The position numbers were made by a program, and so were the translations under genes. The notes under the pieces are model-generated. The model saw nothing but the letters and a program-made list of their open reading frames with translations. It did not search any database and was not told the origin of the DNA. Shown here in pieces: positions 31,682 through 41,679 of a stretch of 64,000 bases of DNA. This DNA comes from an uncultured virus (IMG/VR IMGVR_UViG_3300038321_000417). Taxonomy: Duplodnaviria; Heunggongvirae; Uroviricota; Caudoviricetes. The DNA lies in IMG/VR virus record IMGVR_UViG_3300038321_000417; one strand, 5' to 3'. How positions within the stretch are numbered: the stretch's first letter is position 1; each line of letters begins with the position of its first letter.

Positions 31682-32281
31682 CTATTTCTTATCTTGCCAG
31701 TTTATATGTCTACAATGTGTTATGCCATCAATAACTTCAAAACATTTAACTACATCCCCTCTTGTTGTCTCCTCTATTTTAGTAAATTCTCTAGTTCTAA
31801 ATTTAAAGTCCAAGTCTAATACCCGGTATTGCATTTTGTCTTTTATTCTTACTATAAAAAACTTTACTGTGTCCGCTTCACAAACAGTTGTCACTTCCTC
31901 GAATACTTCCGAAGTGGCACAATCCCCCGTGCATTTTTTAAGAAAACATCCCAAATCATCTTGTAAGTATAAACAAGAGTTATCTAACGTGGAATATGTC
32001 ACAATATTCCTATCTGTGTATTCCATGCCTATATTTAGTATATTAAGATACTTTCCTTTTTCAATATAAACAATATACCTGTTGATTCCATAAGGTTTAA
32101 TTTTCACACCGCCATTATAAAAATTAATAACATTTCCCGCTCTATCTGTTGTTACCGCCTGTCCCGTTTCAGTATGAAAAATTCTATACATACCATCATC
32201 AGATCTAATGTATTTCAATTTATTACCTGTCAATAACTCAAGCCTAACTCTTATGTCTTTTATTACCTCTGCTTCTGTCAT
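31682..32281 (-). CDS. Paralog family B member
   Basis: IRVRLELLTGNKL..TDRAGNVI..ILNIGMEY. Confidence 0.75.
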   Translation of the reverse strand: MTEAEVIKDIRVRLELLTGNKLKYIRSDDGMYRIFHTETGQAVTTDRAGNVINFYNGGVKIKPYGINRYIVYIEKGKYLNILNIGMEYTDRNIVTYSTLDNSCLYLQDDLGCFLKKCTGDCATSEVFEEVTTVCEADTVKFFIVRIKDKMQYRVLDLDFKFRTREFTKIEETTRGDVVKCFEVIDGITHCRHINWQDKK

Positions 32282-32292
32282 CTTTCTTCCCC

Positions 32293-32799
32293 TTAACTTA
32301 GTCTGATTATCTTCGTATAAACAGGCGAGTAATCGTTATTTAATGTAAAAAGATTATTCCTCACATCACCATAAAAATTAATAACTTTACTAATTACACC
32401 GTCAAACTGTAAACTTTGATATCTATTTGTAAGCTTCATTCCTAATCTAAAAACTTCATCATCTGAATAGCCTGAATGTATACCCCTTTTCTCTACAAGG
32501 CTAAACACATTTACCATGTTATCGAATAGGGCATCTGCAATTCTAAAGTTTTCTAAGTATGTTTCCCAGTAAAGCTTAATAAGTTGTTTAGCTGTATACA
32601 TAGTGATAAGCTTTATTTTGCGCTTTCTTGTCAGCTTAACTAAATCAGTATAACTCTGTAGTAGAGAGTCTAAGTCAATTAACTTTAATCGCTTAACCCT
32701 AATAAACTCAGTATGTGGGCATGTTATAATTATATAATCATTTGAAATACAATAAGACACATTATTTAATAACTTTCTAGTTAAGTAATTATCTACCAT
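32293..32799 (-). CDS. Paralog family A member
   Basis: YLTRKLLNNVSY..PHTEF..EKRGIHSGYSDDEVFRLG. Confidence 0.75.
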   Translation of the reverse strand: MVDNYLTRKLLNNVSYCISNDYIIITCPHTEFIRVKRLKLIDLDSLLQSYTDLVKLTRKRKIKLITMYTAKQLIKLYWETYLENFRIADALFDNMVNVFSLVEKRGIHSGYSDDEVFRLGMKLTNRYQSLQFDGVISKVINFYGDVRNNLFTLNNDYSPVYTKIIRLS

Positions 32800-32862
32800 A
32801 AACTACACACCTTTAAACAGTATTCTTTCTTTATTAAAAATTTGTCTTAATCCACAACATAT

Positions 32863-32899
32863 AAAAAAAAAAGACAAGAGTATATTGTCTTGTCTTTTT
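32863..32899 (-). terminator. Intrinsic terminator
   Basis: AAAAAGACAAGA...TCTTGTCTTTTT hairpin; T10 tract on the minus strand. Confidence 0.7.
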
Positions 32900-33072
32900 A
32901 AGTGTTATATTTTTACCGCTATGCAAAATAATCTAAAAGTATTTTAGTTACTTACTGCTCTATGTTCCACACTTCCATTAAACGTAGTGAATTCAGTTTA
33001 TCTACTATGTCTTTAGGTAGCATAACCTCAATCTTCTCCGTAAATTCAATAGTGTGAGTGTCAGCAACCTAC

Positions 33073-34011
33073 CTATTCTCTTGTTACAGGTTCAATAACA
33101 ATTAACTTGTCTTTAAACCATACAGCAGTCTCCTTTGTTAACACTTTATTTTGACTTTCAGTGAATTCAAGTAGACTTGTTATCTGTGCCTCTGTATTGT
33201 CTGCATAGTGCACAAGATATGCCTCTAAGGTAGCAGGTCTTGCTCCGTAGTCGTAACCTCTATGATTCTCTACAACTCCTATTAAATTATCAATCTCTGC
33301 CGATGTTAAATACTTTCTTAACACTCTCATTTTAGTTGCCATATACAGTATTCCTAAACCCTCATGAGTAATTTTTCCGCCCTTTAGTGTGTACTCCATA
33401 TCTCTATAGTCTATCGCAGCTATCTTTCCAATGTCGTGCAATAACCCACAAAGCAAAATAAACTCCTTTTTCTCCTGTAAGCCGTATATATCAATCAGTG
33501 TTCTCAATATACGCATAACTTTGAACGTATGATGTGGCAATCCCCCACAAAAGTTATCGTGGTGCGATGTTGCTGCCGGTGTTAAATAAAACAGTCGCAT
33601 TATTTCCTCTGGTATTATTTCTTTAATAAGCTCCAAGTACTTGTCCGAAAAATTCTCATGCATAAACTCATTAAAACTTTTTTCCAATGCCAATATGTCT
33701 ATTGTTCTATAAAATTCAGCCACAGCATCAGTCCCTAAATCCTCAAATACTTCTTTAATAGTGTATTGCATTTCATCTTTATATTTGTCACTCACCAACA
33801 ATACATTAAACACTTTTGATCCAGAAGTAAACACATCAACTAACGGTTCTTCCCAACAAATAACAGGGTACTCACCACCATCATATACCCCTTTTCCTCT
33901 TATGTACTGCTTGTTTGATTTTGTGTTAAATACTGAAACCTCTTTTAAGCATATTTCTCCTGTTGCTGTCTCCCCCGCACACATGTCAAACGGATTAATT
34001 TTCATACACAC
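33073..34011 (-). CDS. YhaM/Cbf1-like 3'-5' exoribonuclease (OB fold + HD domain)
   Basis: PAATSHH...GGLPHHT, LLHDIGK, H, HYAD; N-terminal OB-like region. Confidence 0.8.
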   Translation of the reverse strand: MCMKINPFDMCAGETATGEICLKEVSVFNTKSNKQYIRGKGVYDGGEYPVICWEEPLVDVFTSGSKVFNVLLVSDKYKDEMQYTIKEVFEDLGTDAVAEFYRTIDILALEKSFNEFMHENFSDKYLELIKEIIPEEIMRLFYLTPAATSHHDNFCGGLPHHTFKVMRILRTLIDIYGLQEKKEFILLCGLLHDIGKIAAIDYRDMEYTLKGGKITHEGLGILYMATKMRVLRKYLTSAEIDNLIGVVENHRGYDYGARPATLEAYLVHYADNTEAQITSLLEFTESQNKVLTKETAVWFKDKLIVIEPVTRE

Positions 34012-34184
34012 ACACTCCTTAAACGATTTTTTCCTTCAATAAAATCTAAAATCTGAACCTTTTATCACATTTATACGAATAGTATTTATTTTATTAATTG
34101 TTATGAAATTCTATAATCTTAAAGCCTAATTTGTAGCACATATAAATATAGAGTAAAACCTTAAAAAAGTCTATTTTTTTAAAA

Positions 34185-34544
34185 TTAAAAGTCCATCACC
34201 TTAGTCTCAAAACTAGAATTCATATTTAACTCAATACCTTTTTCCAAGTATTCCTCGATTTTTTTTGCTTGCATGTCTTCTGTTAGGTAGAATAACTCCA
34301 TATGATTGGAGTACACTGTCCCAATTAACTGGGCAAGTGATTCGGGATCAGCTTTACCTATTAACTGCCATCTACCCTTGAATTGCGTATACACTCTCTT
34401 GTTCCCAGATTGTCGCAGAAGTGCCTTTTTAAAATTTTGGAACATAAACATTGTTGTGTTACTATCCACTTTTACTGCTAAAGAATCCCCTTTAAGTTCA
34501 ACAGATTCAACTAAGTATGAAGCTAATTTATCGTATGTACCCAT
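34185..34544 (-). CDS. Hypothetical protein (119 aa)
   Basis: ORF with AAGGAG SD. Confidence 0.6.
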   Translation of the reverse strand: MGTYDKLASYLVESVELKGDSLAVKVDSNTTMFMFQNFKKALLRQSGNKRVYTQFKGRWQLIGKADPESLAQLIGTVYSNHMELFYLTEDMQAKKIEEYLEKGIELNMNSSFETKVMDF

Positions 34545-34635
34545 TTTTCACAGCTCCTTGAATAAAAAATTTTTAATATTATATGTGCTTTTGACTTATA
34601 TATCACCTATGTTTATTGAAGTGACTAAGTAAATC

Positions 34636-36366
34636 CTAACTTTTAAACTTGTCTGGATCTTTATAAGCCCCAGATAAGAACCGATATACAGTGTTATTGC
34701 CTTTTACCGTTCTTACTACCACTTCTTTTTTAAATTCCAATATAGCTATAATATCAGAATGGCTAACAGTGGTGATTAGTATGCCTTTGTTGTTTATTAA
34801 ACCCTTTAAATTATTCCTCTCCACTATAAAATAGTCTTTTTGATAAAGATAAATACGATCAAATCCCGCAGATAGTTTGTTTCCATTGTAGTCACATAAG
34901 TATGTCTTGCCATCTAGTGTTAATATAAACAATATACTATCGTTAGAATCAATAGACATCTCACAATCTTCATATTTACACTCCAACACAATTTCATACC
35001 CGTTATCTTTTACTCTCGTTACTCCTTTTTTATTGTCTTTAACCATGCTCCAATAAGTTATTCTCTTCCCACATGAATCAAAGGTTTGCATGAAATATTT
35101 AAAACCCTCTAATTCTCCGCTTCTTTTAATAAACCCATATTCCATGGGTACAAGTGTAGTGTAAGTGTTTAAATCAAATAACCCTACTTTATTATCTTTT
35201 TCAATATTCAGGTGCTCCTCAAACTGTGTCGACCAAAAGCTATATTTATCCCATATTAAGTTTAGGTTTTCATCATATAAGTGTTTATAACTGTGATACA
35301 CATTATCTCCTGTCGCATAATACACTGTGCTCTTGCACTTAAAAACATCTATATATGCGCCCTCTAACTTGACAGATGTGCCATCATATCTAATTCCTGT
35401 AAAACTCTGCCTTGAAACACTAGACACTATTATGTTAGAGGTATAGTCTTCACATTTAACTCTCAAAGGCTTATTTGTCCCTTTAAATTCATAGATGACT
35501 TCTCCATCATCTCTAACAATAATGCTTTTTTCACCATCTTTAATAAATGTCAATTGACCAGACAAATTATTCTCCATAAATTCAGCATTTTCCCACAAAA
35601 TATACACCCCTGTATCATCCAATAACACTAAATCCTTTAATTCCCCTTTTGTCGCTATAATTGTTTTACGCTGTACTTCAAAATTCGATTCTATACTATC
35701 GTAATCAAACCCTGTTAATGCCTTATTTTTCGCATTATAAAAACCCCATTTGTTTCTTGATTTTATAGCAATAGATGTATCGTTAATCGTTCGTACGTCT
35801 TCAACTGGAAAAGGTATAGCACGTATATTTCCAGCTCTAAGTATACTTTGTATGCTCACTGCATCAATGTCTGTAGTACACAAAAATAAATCTTTTATTA
35901 GATGACGTATACCAGTATAGTTAGCACTGATTACTTCAATTCCTTTTAGGTCAACACAACCTACTTTATGTAAGTATCTACCGTTGACAATACTCCTCTC
36001 AACAACCTTGAAGTAATTTTCACCAATATGATCTATCGAGTAATACCTTTTCTCTGTAATCCAATTAGCACTACTGTCAATTAAAGAATAACCAACACGG
36101 TCTTTTACTGTATAATACCTCCTTTTTTGAGTTTTTCTGAACACTTCATATTTGCCTACATATATGAAATCAGGTAATAAGTAAACATACACTTCAGAAT
36201 GTCCACCGCTTACCACGAAGTAATCCTCTGTTACTAAATGTACTTTTACAGACTTACCCAGTATAAGAGAAAGCTTATTTAATACTTCCTCATGTGTCCC
36301 CACAATATTCTCCGCTTTGACCTCTACTGTTTTCTTGCCATGAAGCAAGTTATTATTTTTGTTCAT
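34636..36366 (-). CDS. WG-repeat (beta-propeller-like) protein
   Basis: Repeats such as KVGCVDLKGIEVI, KWGFYN, KVGLFD..LVPMEY, KGLINNKG; start MNKNN after AAGGAG (the ORF track extends it to 36402). Confidence 0.75.
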   Translation of the reverse strand: MNKNNNLLHGKKTVEVKAENIVGTHEEVLNKLSLILGKSVKVHLVTEDYFVVSGGHSEVYVYLLPDFIYVGKYEVFRKTQKRRYYTVKDRVGYSLIDSSANWITEKRYYSIDHIGENYFKVVERSIVNGRYLHKVGCVDLKGIEVISANYTGIRHLIKDLFLCTTDIDAVSIQSILRAGNIRAIPFPVEDVRTINDTSIAIKSRNKWGFYNAKNKALTGFDYDSIESNFEVQRKTIIATKGELKDLVLLDDTGVYILWENAEFMENNLSGQLTFIKDGEKSIIVRDDGEVIYEFKGTNKPLRVKCEDYTSNIIVSSVSRQSFTGIRYDGTSVKLEGAYIDVFKCKSTVYYATGDNVYHSYKHLYDENLNLIWDKYSFWSTQFEEHLNIEKDNKVGLFDLNTYTTLVPMEYGFIKRSGELEGFKYFMQTFDSCGKRITYWSMVKDNKKGVTRVKDNGYEIVLECKYEDCEMSIDSNDSILFILTLDGKTYLCDYNGNKLSAGFDRIYLYQKDYFIVERNNLKGLINNKGILITTVSHSDIIAILEFKKEVVVRTVKGNNTVYRFLSGAYKDPDKFKS

Positions 36367-36379
36367 TGTTAAAAACTCC

Positions 36380-37963
36380 TTATACAAATCTATGCTTTTC
36401 ATGTAAATCTTCTATATTCTCATACTCGACATCAGACACGACATTGCCTTTCAAGTCAATTACTTTATACACACCATCACTTCTAACTATTAAGCAATCC
36501 CCCCTCCCCTCCGAACGTATAAAATCATACCCCTTTGTCAATATCTCACCTTTGTCGTCCGCTAAGTATACCTTACCTTTTTGTTTAAGCATAAAAACAA
36601 TATCCGAATCAATATAATTGTGAAGATTGCATTCGTCATATTCAGGTTTTATAGATACTTCGTAAGTACCAAATTCTTCATCAACACATATTACTCCTGT
36701 CTTCCCATTTCTAATAACTTGATAGTATGTCTTATACCCGTGGTTGTTCTCTTTGACACGTGATCCTAGACAAAATATCCCTCGGTTTGCGCTCTTTTGC
36801 GCATACATGTCGTATATTTTAGGAACAACCAATTGTTTTCTCCACAAGTCATATAACCCCACTTTACCGTCATTTTCAAAATTAAGATACCCCCCACTTC
36901 TTACAGTACAAAGTGTACCGTCATTTTTTATTAAGTTCAAATCTCCATCATACAACTTATCATATGTATCTATACTTTCTCCTGTAGCAAAATAACTACC
37001 CTTTGGTGTTTTTATATGAAATAGATCGGAAGAATCAAAATCAAACAATGTTCCATCAGATTTAATACCAATACTCTTACCGTCAGTAGTTGTACCCACC
37101 AAACAAGATGTATTACTAGATTTAATATCTTTAACAGATATTTCATTTAGTTCACATACTATATCCCCTGTACAACTCATAATAAAGCTATTTTTATCAG
37201 ATTCAATATAAGTTAATGCCCTCGTTAGATTACTCTTCATGCATTTTGCGCCTCGATATAGAATGTACACACCAGTTTCGTCACAAGCTATAAGGTCATA
37301 CCTTTCCCCTCTTCTAGTAATTATTGCTTTTGAATCAGGTATCACGTTAACACTGTCCCACTCAAAACTAGATAGCTCCCTGTCCTCAACACTATAAAAT
37401 CCCCACAAGCCTTTTTTCCTTTTTATTGCTAGTGTGTGCTCACATATACAAATAACACTGTCAATTTCATAAGGTATTGCTTTCTTGTTGCCTGCTCTAA
37501 CTATAATTTTTATTTCTACCTCTTTGACTGTAGTCGAACACAAGAATAAATCTCGAATTAAAAACTGTATATTAGAGTACACAAGTGAAACTACCTCATT
37601 TCCTAACATGTCGATACAGCCCGTATATGTGTCAGGTACTCTCTGCAGATTCAGTACATTTTCCTTAACACCATAAAAACCATTGGTCATAGGATATATA
37701 GTTATGTACTCTTTCTTCGTTAGAATATCTCCACGTTCACCTATTAACCACCAGCCTTTTCCTGTGAAAGAACCAAAATATTGCCCATACCCCGTTTTAG
37801 CAAACGCTGTATACTTATTCAAAAAGTTAAAGTCAGGTAATGCAAACACATAAGATTCTTTTGTTTCGGCTTGCACGACAAATAAATACTCAGTTACATA
37901 CTTCAATGTGACCTGTTTTCCTAATATTATACTTATCTTTTTTAATTCATTTGAATAACTCAA
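36380..37963 (-). CDS. WG-repeat protein, full-length paralog of the 34636 gene
   Basis: Colinear similarity (LPDF, IRDLFLCST/IKDLFLCTT, RAGN..AIP, WGFY, KVGLYD). Confidence 0.78.
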   Translation of the reverse strand: MSYSNELKKISIILGKQVTLKYVTEYLFVVQAETKESYVFALPDFNFLNKYTAFAKTGYGQYFGSFTGKGWWLIGERGDILTKKEYITIYPMTNGFYGVKENVLNLQRVPDTYTGCIDMLGNEVVSLVYSNIQFLIRDLFLCSTTVKEVEIKIIVRAGNKKAIPYEIDSVICICEHTLAIKRKKGLWGFYSVEDRELSSFEWDSVNVIPDSKAIITRRGERYDLIACDETGVYILYRGAKCMKSNLTRALTYIESDKNSFIMSCTGDIVCELNEISVKDIKSSNTSCLVGTTTDGKSIGIKSDGTLFDFDSSDLFHIKTPKGSYFATGESIDTYDKLYDGDLNLIKNDGTLCTVRSGGYLNFENDGKVGLYDLWRKQLVVPKIYDMYAQKSANRGIFCLGSRVKENNHGYKTYYQVIRNGKTGVICVDEEFGTYEVSIKPEYDECNLHNYIDSDIVFMLKQKGKVYLADDKGEILTKGYDFIRSEGRGDCLIVRSDGVYKVIDLKGNVVSDVEYENIEDLHEKHRFV

Positions 37964-37971
37964 AATGTAAC

Positions 37972-38433
37972 CTACCTTTTAAACTTGTTTAGATCTTCTC
38001 CCATGAGGTCTTCAAGTATAACTATCTCGTTATTAGTAATTTTACACCTTACTATGTCATACCCCTTTCCTTTGTTCCTGCAAGCCCACATATCACCATC
38101 AGCATCTTCTCGCATGTCTCGACTAAATCGCCAATACAGTCCGTTTTTATCTAGCGGTTTAAGGCATTTAAACTCCATAGGTATTACAAGATTTCCTCTC
38201 CAGTTAATCACTCCGAATATACCTTGTCCAACACCCACCACTCTATATCTCGTTGTGCTTGTAGTGTTATAGTGTGAGAAAACTCCCACCAATTCCATTT
38301 CCTTATCATATACATAATAACTAGGAATGTCCCTCAGTTTTAACACAGTTAAAAAAGCTGTTGATTCCACACAGATAACAGGTGATCCTGCAATAATCTC
38401 TAATTCAGCTATTTTTGTTTTAACGTCTACCAT
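37972..38433 (-). CDS. Short WG-repeat protein
   Basis: FGVINWRGNLVIPMEF; N-terminal IAELEIIAG. Confidence 0.7.
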   Translation of the reverse strand: MVDVKTKIAELEIIAGSPVICVESTAFLTVLKLRDIPSYYVYDKEMELVGVFSHYNTTSTTRYRVVGVGQGIFGVINWRGNLVIPMEFKCLKPLDKNGLYWRFSRDMREDADGDMWACRNKGKGYDIVRCKITNNEIVILEDLMGEDLNKFKR

Positions 38434-38467
38434 TTTATATCCCCTACCAGTCCGCCAAACAGTTACC

Positions 38468-39283
38468 CTACTCTTGTTTCAGGTTTTCCCACCAATTTTG
38501 AGGGTAAATCCAGTCAGCAACTTTTTCTATTTTATCCTTTCCTAAATGTAAGACATCTCCCTTTACGGGCGTAAACTTAAATAAAGCATAATTCGGAAAT
38601 GAGGAATCAGTGTCGTAATCTATATACTTATATTTTGTACGTAAATGCGTGTTCACGTTATATACTGCGTACCATGTATTACGGTAAATAACCACATTGT
38701 TATCATTCAGTCTACCCGTTAATACTACACTTTCCACTGTCGCACAACTATTGTTTTCTATGTTTATTATCTCCCAGTTGTTATCCGGTAATATCAATTC
38801 TGAATAACACTTCTTAACAACAAATACAGCTGGATTTACATATTTTATAGTGCGGTATTCCTCTTCAAAAATCATCTTTTTTTCTTTTAAATCAAAACAG
38901 CCTAGGTAGTTTATACTCCTTTTTGAAAATACCCAAAATCTACACCCAGAATCTAATGAAAATAACTGTTTATACTCCACAGATAAAACTAAGTCACCTT
39001 GCCTATCCATTAAACCATGTATTAAATTATTCCTGTAGTCCATCTGATTCACTGCCAAATACTCTAAATTATCTATATCCCCACGTACACCCCAATAATT
39101 ACCCGTTATCTCGTTTGTATCGTTATTCATTATATAGTATGCTGATCTTCCATCCCTATCTTGTAACACACTTATGAAATCGTTATAACCTACAACCTGC
39201 ATTTCCATACCTAAAAGTACTGATAGTCGAGCCACACTTTGCCATAATTTATCAGGTATGGCTTCATACTTCTCTCTATTCAC
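38468..39283 (-). CDS. WG-repeat protein
   Basis: HGLMDRQGDLVLSVEY, LGCFDLKEKKMIFEEEY; N-terminal VARLSVLLG. Confidence 0.7.
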   Translation of the reverse strand: MNREKYEAIPDKLWQSVARLSVLLGMEMQVVGYNDFISVLQDRDGRSAYYIMNNDTNEITGNYWGVRGDIDNLEYLAVNQMDYRNNLIHGLMDRQGDLVLSVEYKQLFSLDSGCRFWVFSKRSINYLGCFDLKEKKMIFEEEYRTIKYVNPAVFVVKKCYSELILPDNNWEIINIENNSCATVESVVLTGRLNDNNVVIYRNTWYAVYNVNTHLRTKYKYIDYDTDSSFPNYALFKFTPVKGDVLHLGKDKIEKVADWIYPQNWWENLKQE

Positions 39284-39284
39284 T

Positions 39285-39555
39285 TTACCCCCCCCCTTGT
39301 TTATTATCTATAACATAATCTTCCCATGTTTGATCTTGCGCATATAAATCCCATGTCTTTATGTGACTAACTTCTCCCCTACCTAAACGGAAAATTTCCC
39401 CTGTTCTACCGTCTTTATTGTGAAATAAAGCGTATTCAGAGAATTCATCATGTATCTCACAGTATGCAAACCTACCTTTTGTACGGGTTCGTGAATTTAT
39501 GTTTATACATCATACGACCAATCTTTTTGAAGTAATACTATGTTATAATCATCAT
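39285..39555 (-). pseudogene. Frameshifted remnant paralogous to the C-terminus of the 38468-39283 protein
   Basis: YNIVLLQKDWSYDV / (shift near 39505) / INSRTRTKGRFAYCEIHDEFSEYALF..GEIFRLG aligns by eye with NNVVIYRNTWYAVYNVNTHLRTKYKY..FPNYALF..GDVLHLG. Confidence 0.5.
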
Positions 39556-40067
39556 CCCTCTATTATATTGTAGTTTATGTCAAATACAACTTTTTTACCC
39601 ATTCCGAATAAAGGTGTTGCCTCAGCAATATTGTTTTTAAACAATGTAATATTACCGTATATAAAAGGCACTACTGTCTCGCCGTGTTCATTTATAACTC
39701 CCGTAACTGTCTTTTCCTTGTTCTGTACCACCGCCCTATTGCAACTAAACGCATATGCTTTACCGTATTCACAGGGTATAACAAGTTCACCCTCAGTATT
39801 AATATACCCGAATAACCTTGTTTCTTTGCTTAATACAGGTGCAAATCCACCACTAAACGCCATCACTGCATTGTATATTCCCATTACCCCTATTTCAGTA
39901 TTGTAAACAAGCTTTTCTCCGTTTTTTACTCTGAATATTATTAATTTTCCTACAACCCTAACAACTTGCACAGATGTACTGTAAATTACCGATAGTTGAT
40001 TTATAAGTGTTTTAAATTCTTCTGAGTCAATGCTTACTAATTTTCCATCTTTCAATATAACATCCAC
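39552..40067 (-). CDS. WG-repeat protein
   Basis: Canonical repeats FSGGFAPV..FGYINTEGELVIPCEY..FSCNRAVV..GVINEHGETVVPFIY..FKNNIA. Confidence 0.85.
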   Translation of the reverse strand: MDVILKDGKLVSIDSEEFKTLINQLSVIYSTSVQVVRVVGKLIIFRVKNGEKLVYNTEIGVMGIYNAVMAFSGGFAPVLSKETRLFGYINTEGELVIPCEYGKAYAFSCNRAVVQNKEKTVTGVINEHGETVVPFIYGNITLFKNNIAEATPLFGMGKKVVFDINYNIIEG

Positions 40068-40090
40068 ATCATCACCTACTTTAAATTTTT

Positions 40091-40125
40091 AAAAAAGCGG
40101 CTTATGTACTACACATTAAGCCGCT
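40091..40125 (-). terminator. Intrinsic terminator
   Basis: AGCGGCTTA...TAAGCCGCT hairpin followed by T6 on the minus strand. Confidence 0.7.
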
Positions 40126-40152
40126 ATGTATTGATTAGGAAATGATTTTTTC

Positions 40153-41100
40153 CTACATTTGTATAATGTTCACTTTACGCATTAAACCGCCCGATTCCCC
40201 TATTTCTTTGTCCCACATTTCACTCTCTAACCTTATTCTGTATGTCTCCATAGTCTTTGCTGGAATGTCAGCGTTTGCATAGACCGAGTAGTTTACCCCT
40301 ACTTCATACCCTAGTTTTATTTGTAACATTTGAGCTTTGTTGTATGCTGGATTAGCGTAAGGTCTAACATTAAACTTATTTTCACTCTCTAACCTTATCA
40401 TTTCCATACATTCAACTTTAAAGTCAGGGTGTAAATAGTACCGTACATTTATACCTGATTTAAGTCCTAAATAAATCTGCTCCATTTGCTCTGCTGAAAA
40501 TGCTGTGTAAGTATAGCACGTATAGTTTAAATTCTCTGCTTTGCCCTTGTTGATCCAGTAAAGCTGCCCTTTTGTGAATTTACTCTCTTTATCCTCTTTT
40601 TTGTATTCTTTGTTCAGCTTTACTTGTACAGGTTTCTGTGTTCTCACCTTTATTTTATCGTATGTGCCGTTTATTGCACTTATAAAATATTTACCCTCTA
40701 TCGTATTCTGATTTGAACCAGCGGTGTTTGTAACTACCTTTCCATTTTGTAATCCGCAACTTATAGCTGCTTTTAAGGCAACATTTTTATTAAAGCTCTT
40801 TGTTACCCCTTGATTGTTTACCATCTTAAAGCCGACAGTGTTGTCACTTTCATCAACGTATTCAGCAAGAATTACAAAAGGAGTAGTTCCTTTAGTTTTG
40901 CGGAAGTAATCGAACCTGTCTAAACTTCCATTACTTCCCTTAAGTTTCCCATTCTCAACTACTGCATTTTTAACTAAATTACCCTCTTGTATTGCTTTTA
41001 TCAACGCTTGTTCTTCTAATGTTGATACGCCTTTACCGTATTGACTTAACCTATAATAATATTTTCCATCATATAACTGTCTATCAATTATAACTGCCAT
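40153..41100 (-). CDS. Protein with duplicated N-terminal domain and ~26-aa C-terminal helical repeats
   Basis: Repeats FTKGQLYWINKG.., FSAEQMEQIYLGLKSGINVRYY, FKVECMEMIRL.., YNKAQMLQIKLGYEVGVNYSVY. Confidence 0.7.
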   Translation of the reverse strand: MAVIIDRQLYDGKYYYRLSQYGKGVSTLEEQALIKAIQEGNLVKNAVVENGKLKGSNGSLDRFDYFRKTKGTTPFVILAEYVDESDNTVGFKMVNNQGVTKSFNKNVALKAAISCGLQNGKVVTNTAGSNQNTIEGKYFISAINGTYDKIKVRTQKPVQVKLNKEYKKEDKESKFTKGQLYWINKGKAENLNYTCYTYTAFSAEQMEQIYLGLKSGINVRYYLHPDFKVECMEMIRLESENKFNVRPYANPAYNKAQMLQIKLGYEVGVNYSVYANADIPAKTMETYRIRLESEMWDKEIGESGGLMRKVNIIQM

Positions 41101-41131
41101 GTTAATCCCTCCCTAAAAATGTTTAATCAAT

Positions 41132-41665
41132 TTAATAATTTTCTGCGAAATCATTTAACTCTGAAAGTGATGAAAACACACCTATTTGATCTCCTGTATC
41201 ATCCAATAGTACATACCCGTTTTTTATTGTGACACAAGCATATACTACTTTACCTGTTTGTTGTCCGTAAGGTACTATACTTTTATATATAAAGGGTAAT
41301 AACTCGTAATGTCTAGTAATTACACCGAAACGTGTTTCTACACCCTGAAAGTACTTTCCATGTTCAGACATATACTTCTCAACTACATAAGAATTGCACC
41401 CTGTGGGAACAATATCAACATAGTCTTCTGAAACTTTTCCCTCTGTAATATTCCACAGGTAGCACGTGTCGTTATACTGCCCTGCATACTCTTTGATGAT
41501 AAATAAATTATCTGAATAATCATATTTTATTTTTTCATACTTTAAAGGTAAAATCTCAGCACATGTGGCATTAAGTACTCCATAGTTATTCCCCTGTTTT
41601 ACTATGAAGTACTTATCCACAATTTGTGTTACTTCGTCGAACAGGATTTTTAACCTGTTTAACAT
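41132..41665 (-). CDS. WG-repeat protein inside the MoxR/VWA operon
   Basis: YGVLNATCAEILPLKY, FGVITRHYELLPFIY; N-terminal MLNRLKIL. Confidence 0.72.
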   Translation of the reverse strand: MLNRLKILFDEVTQIVDKYFIVKQGNNYGVLNATCAEILPLKYEKIKYDYSDNLFIIKEYAGQYNDTCYLWNITEGKVSEDYVDIVPTGCNSYVVEKYMSEHGKYFQGVETRFGVITRHYELLPFIYKSIVPYGQQTGKVVYACVTIKNGYVLLDDTGDQIGVFSSLSELNDFAENY

Positions 41666-41679
41666 TTCATCACCGCCTA

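Noticed and set aside
32950..33065. Tiny ORF MLPKDIVDKLNSLRLMEVWNIEQ after yhaM
   Set aside because: Only 23 codons; cannot be distinguished from chance.
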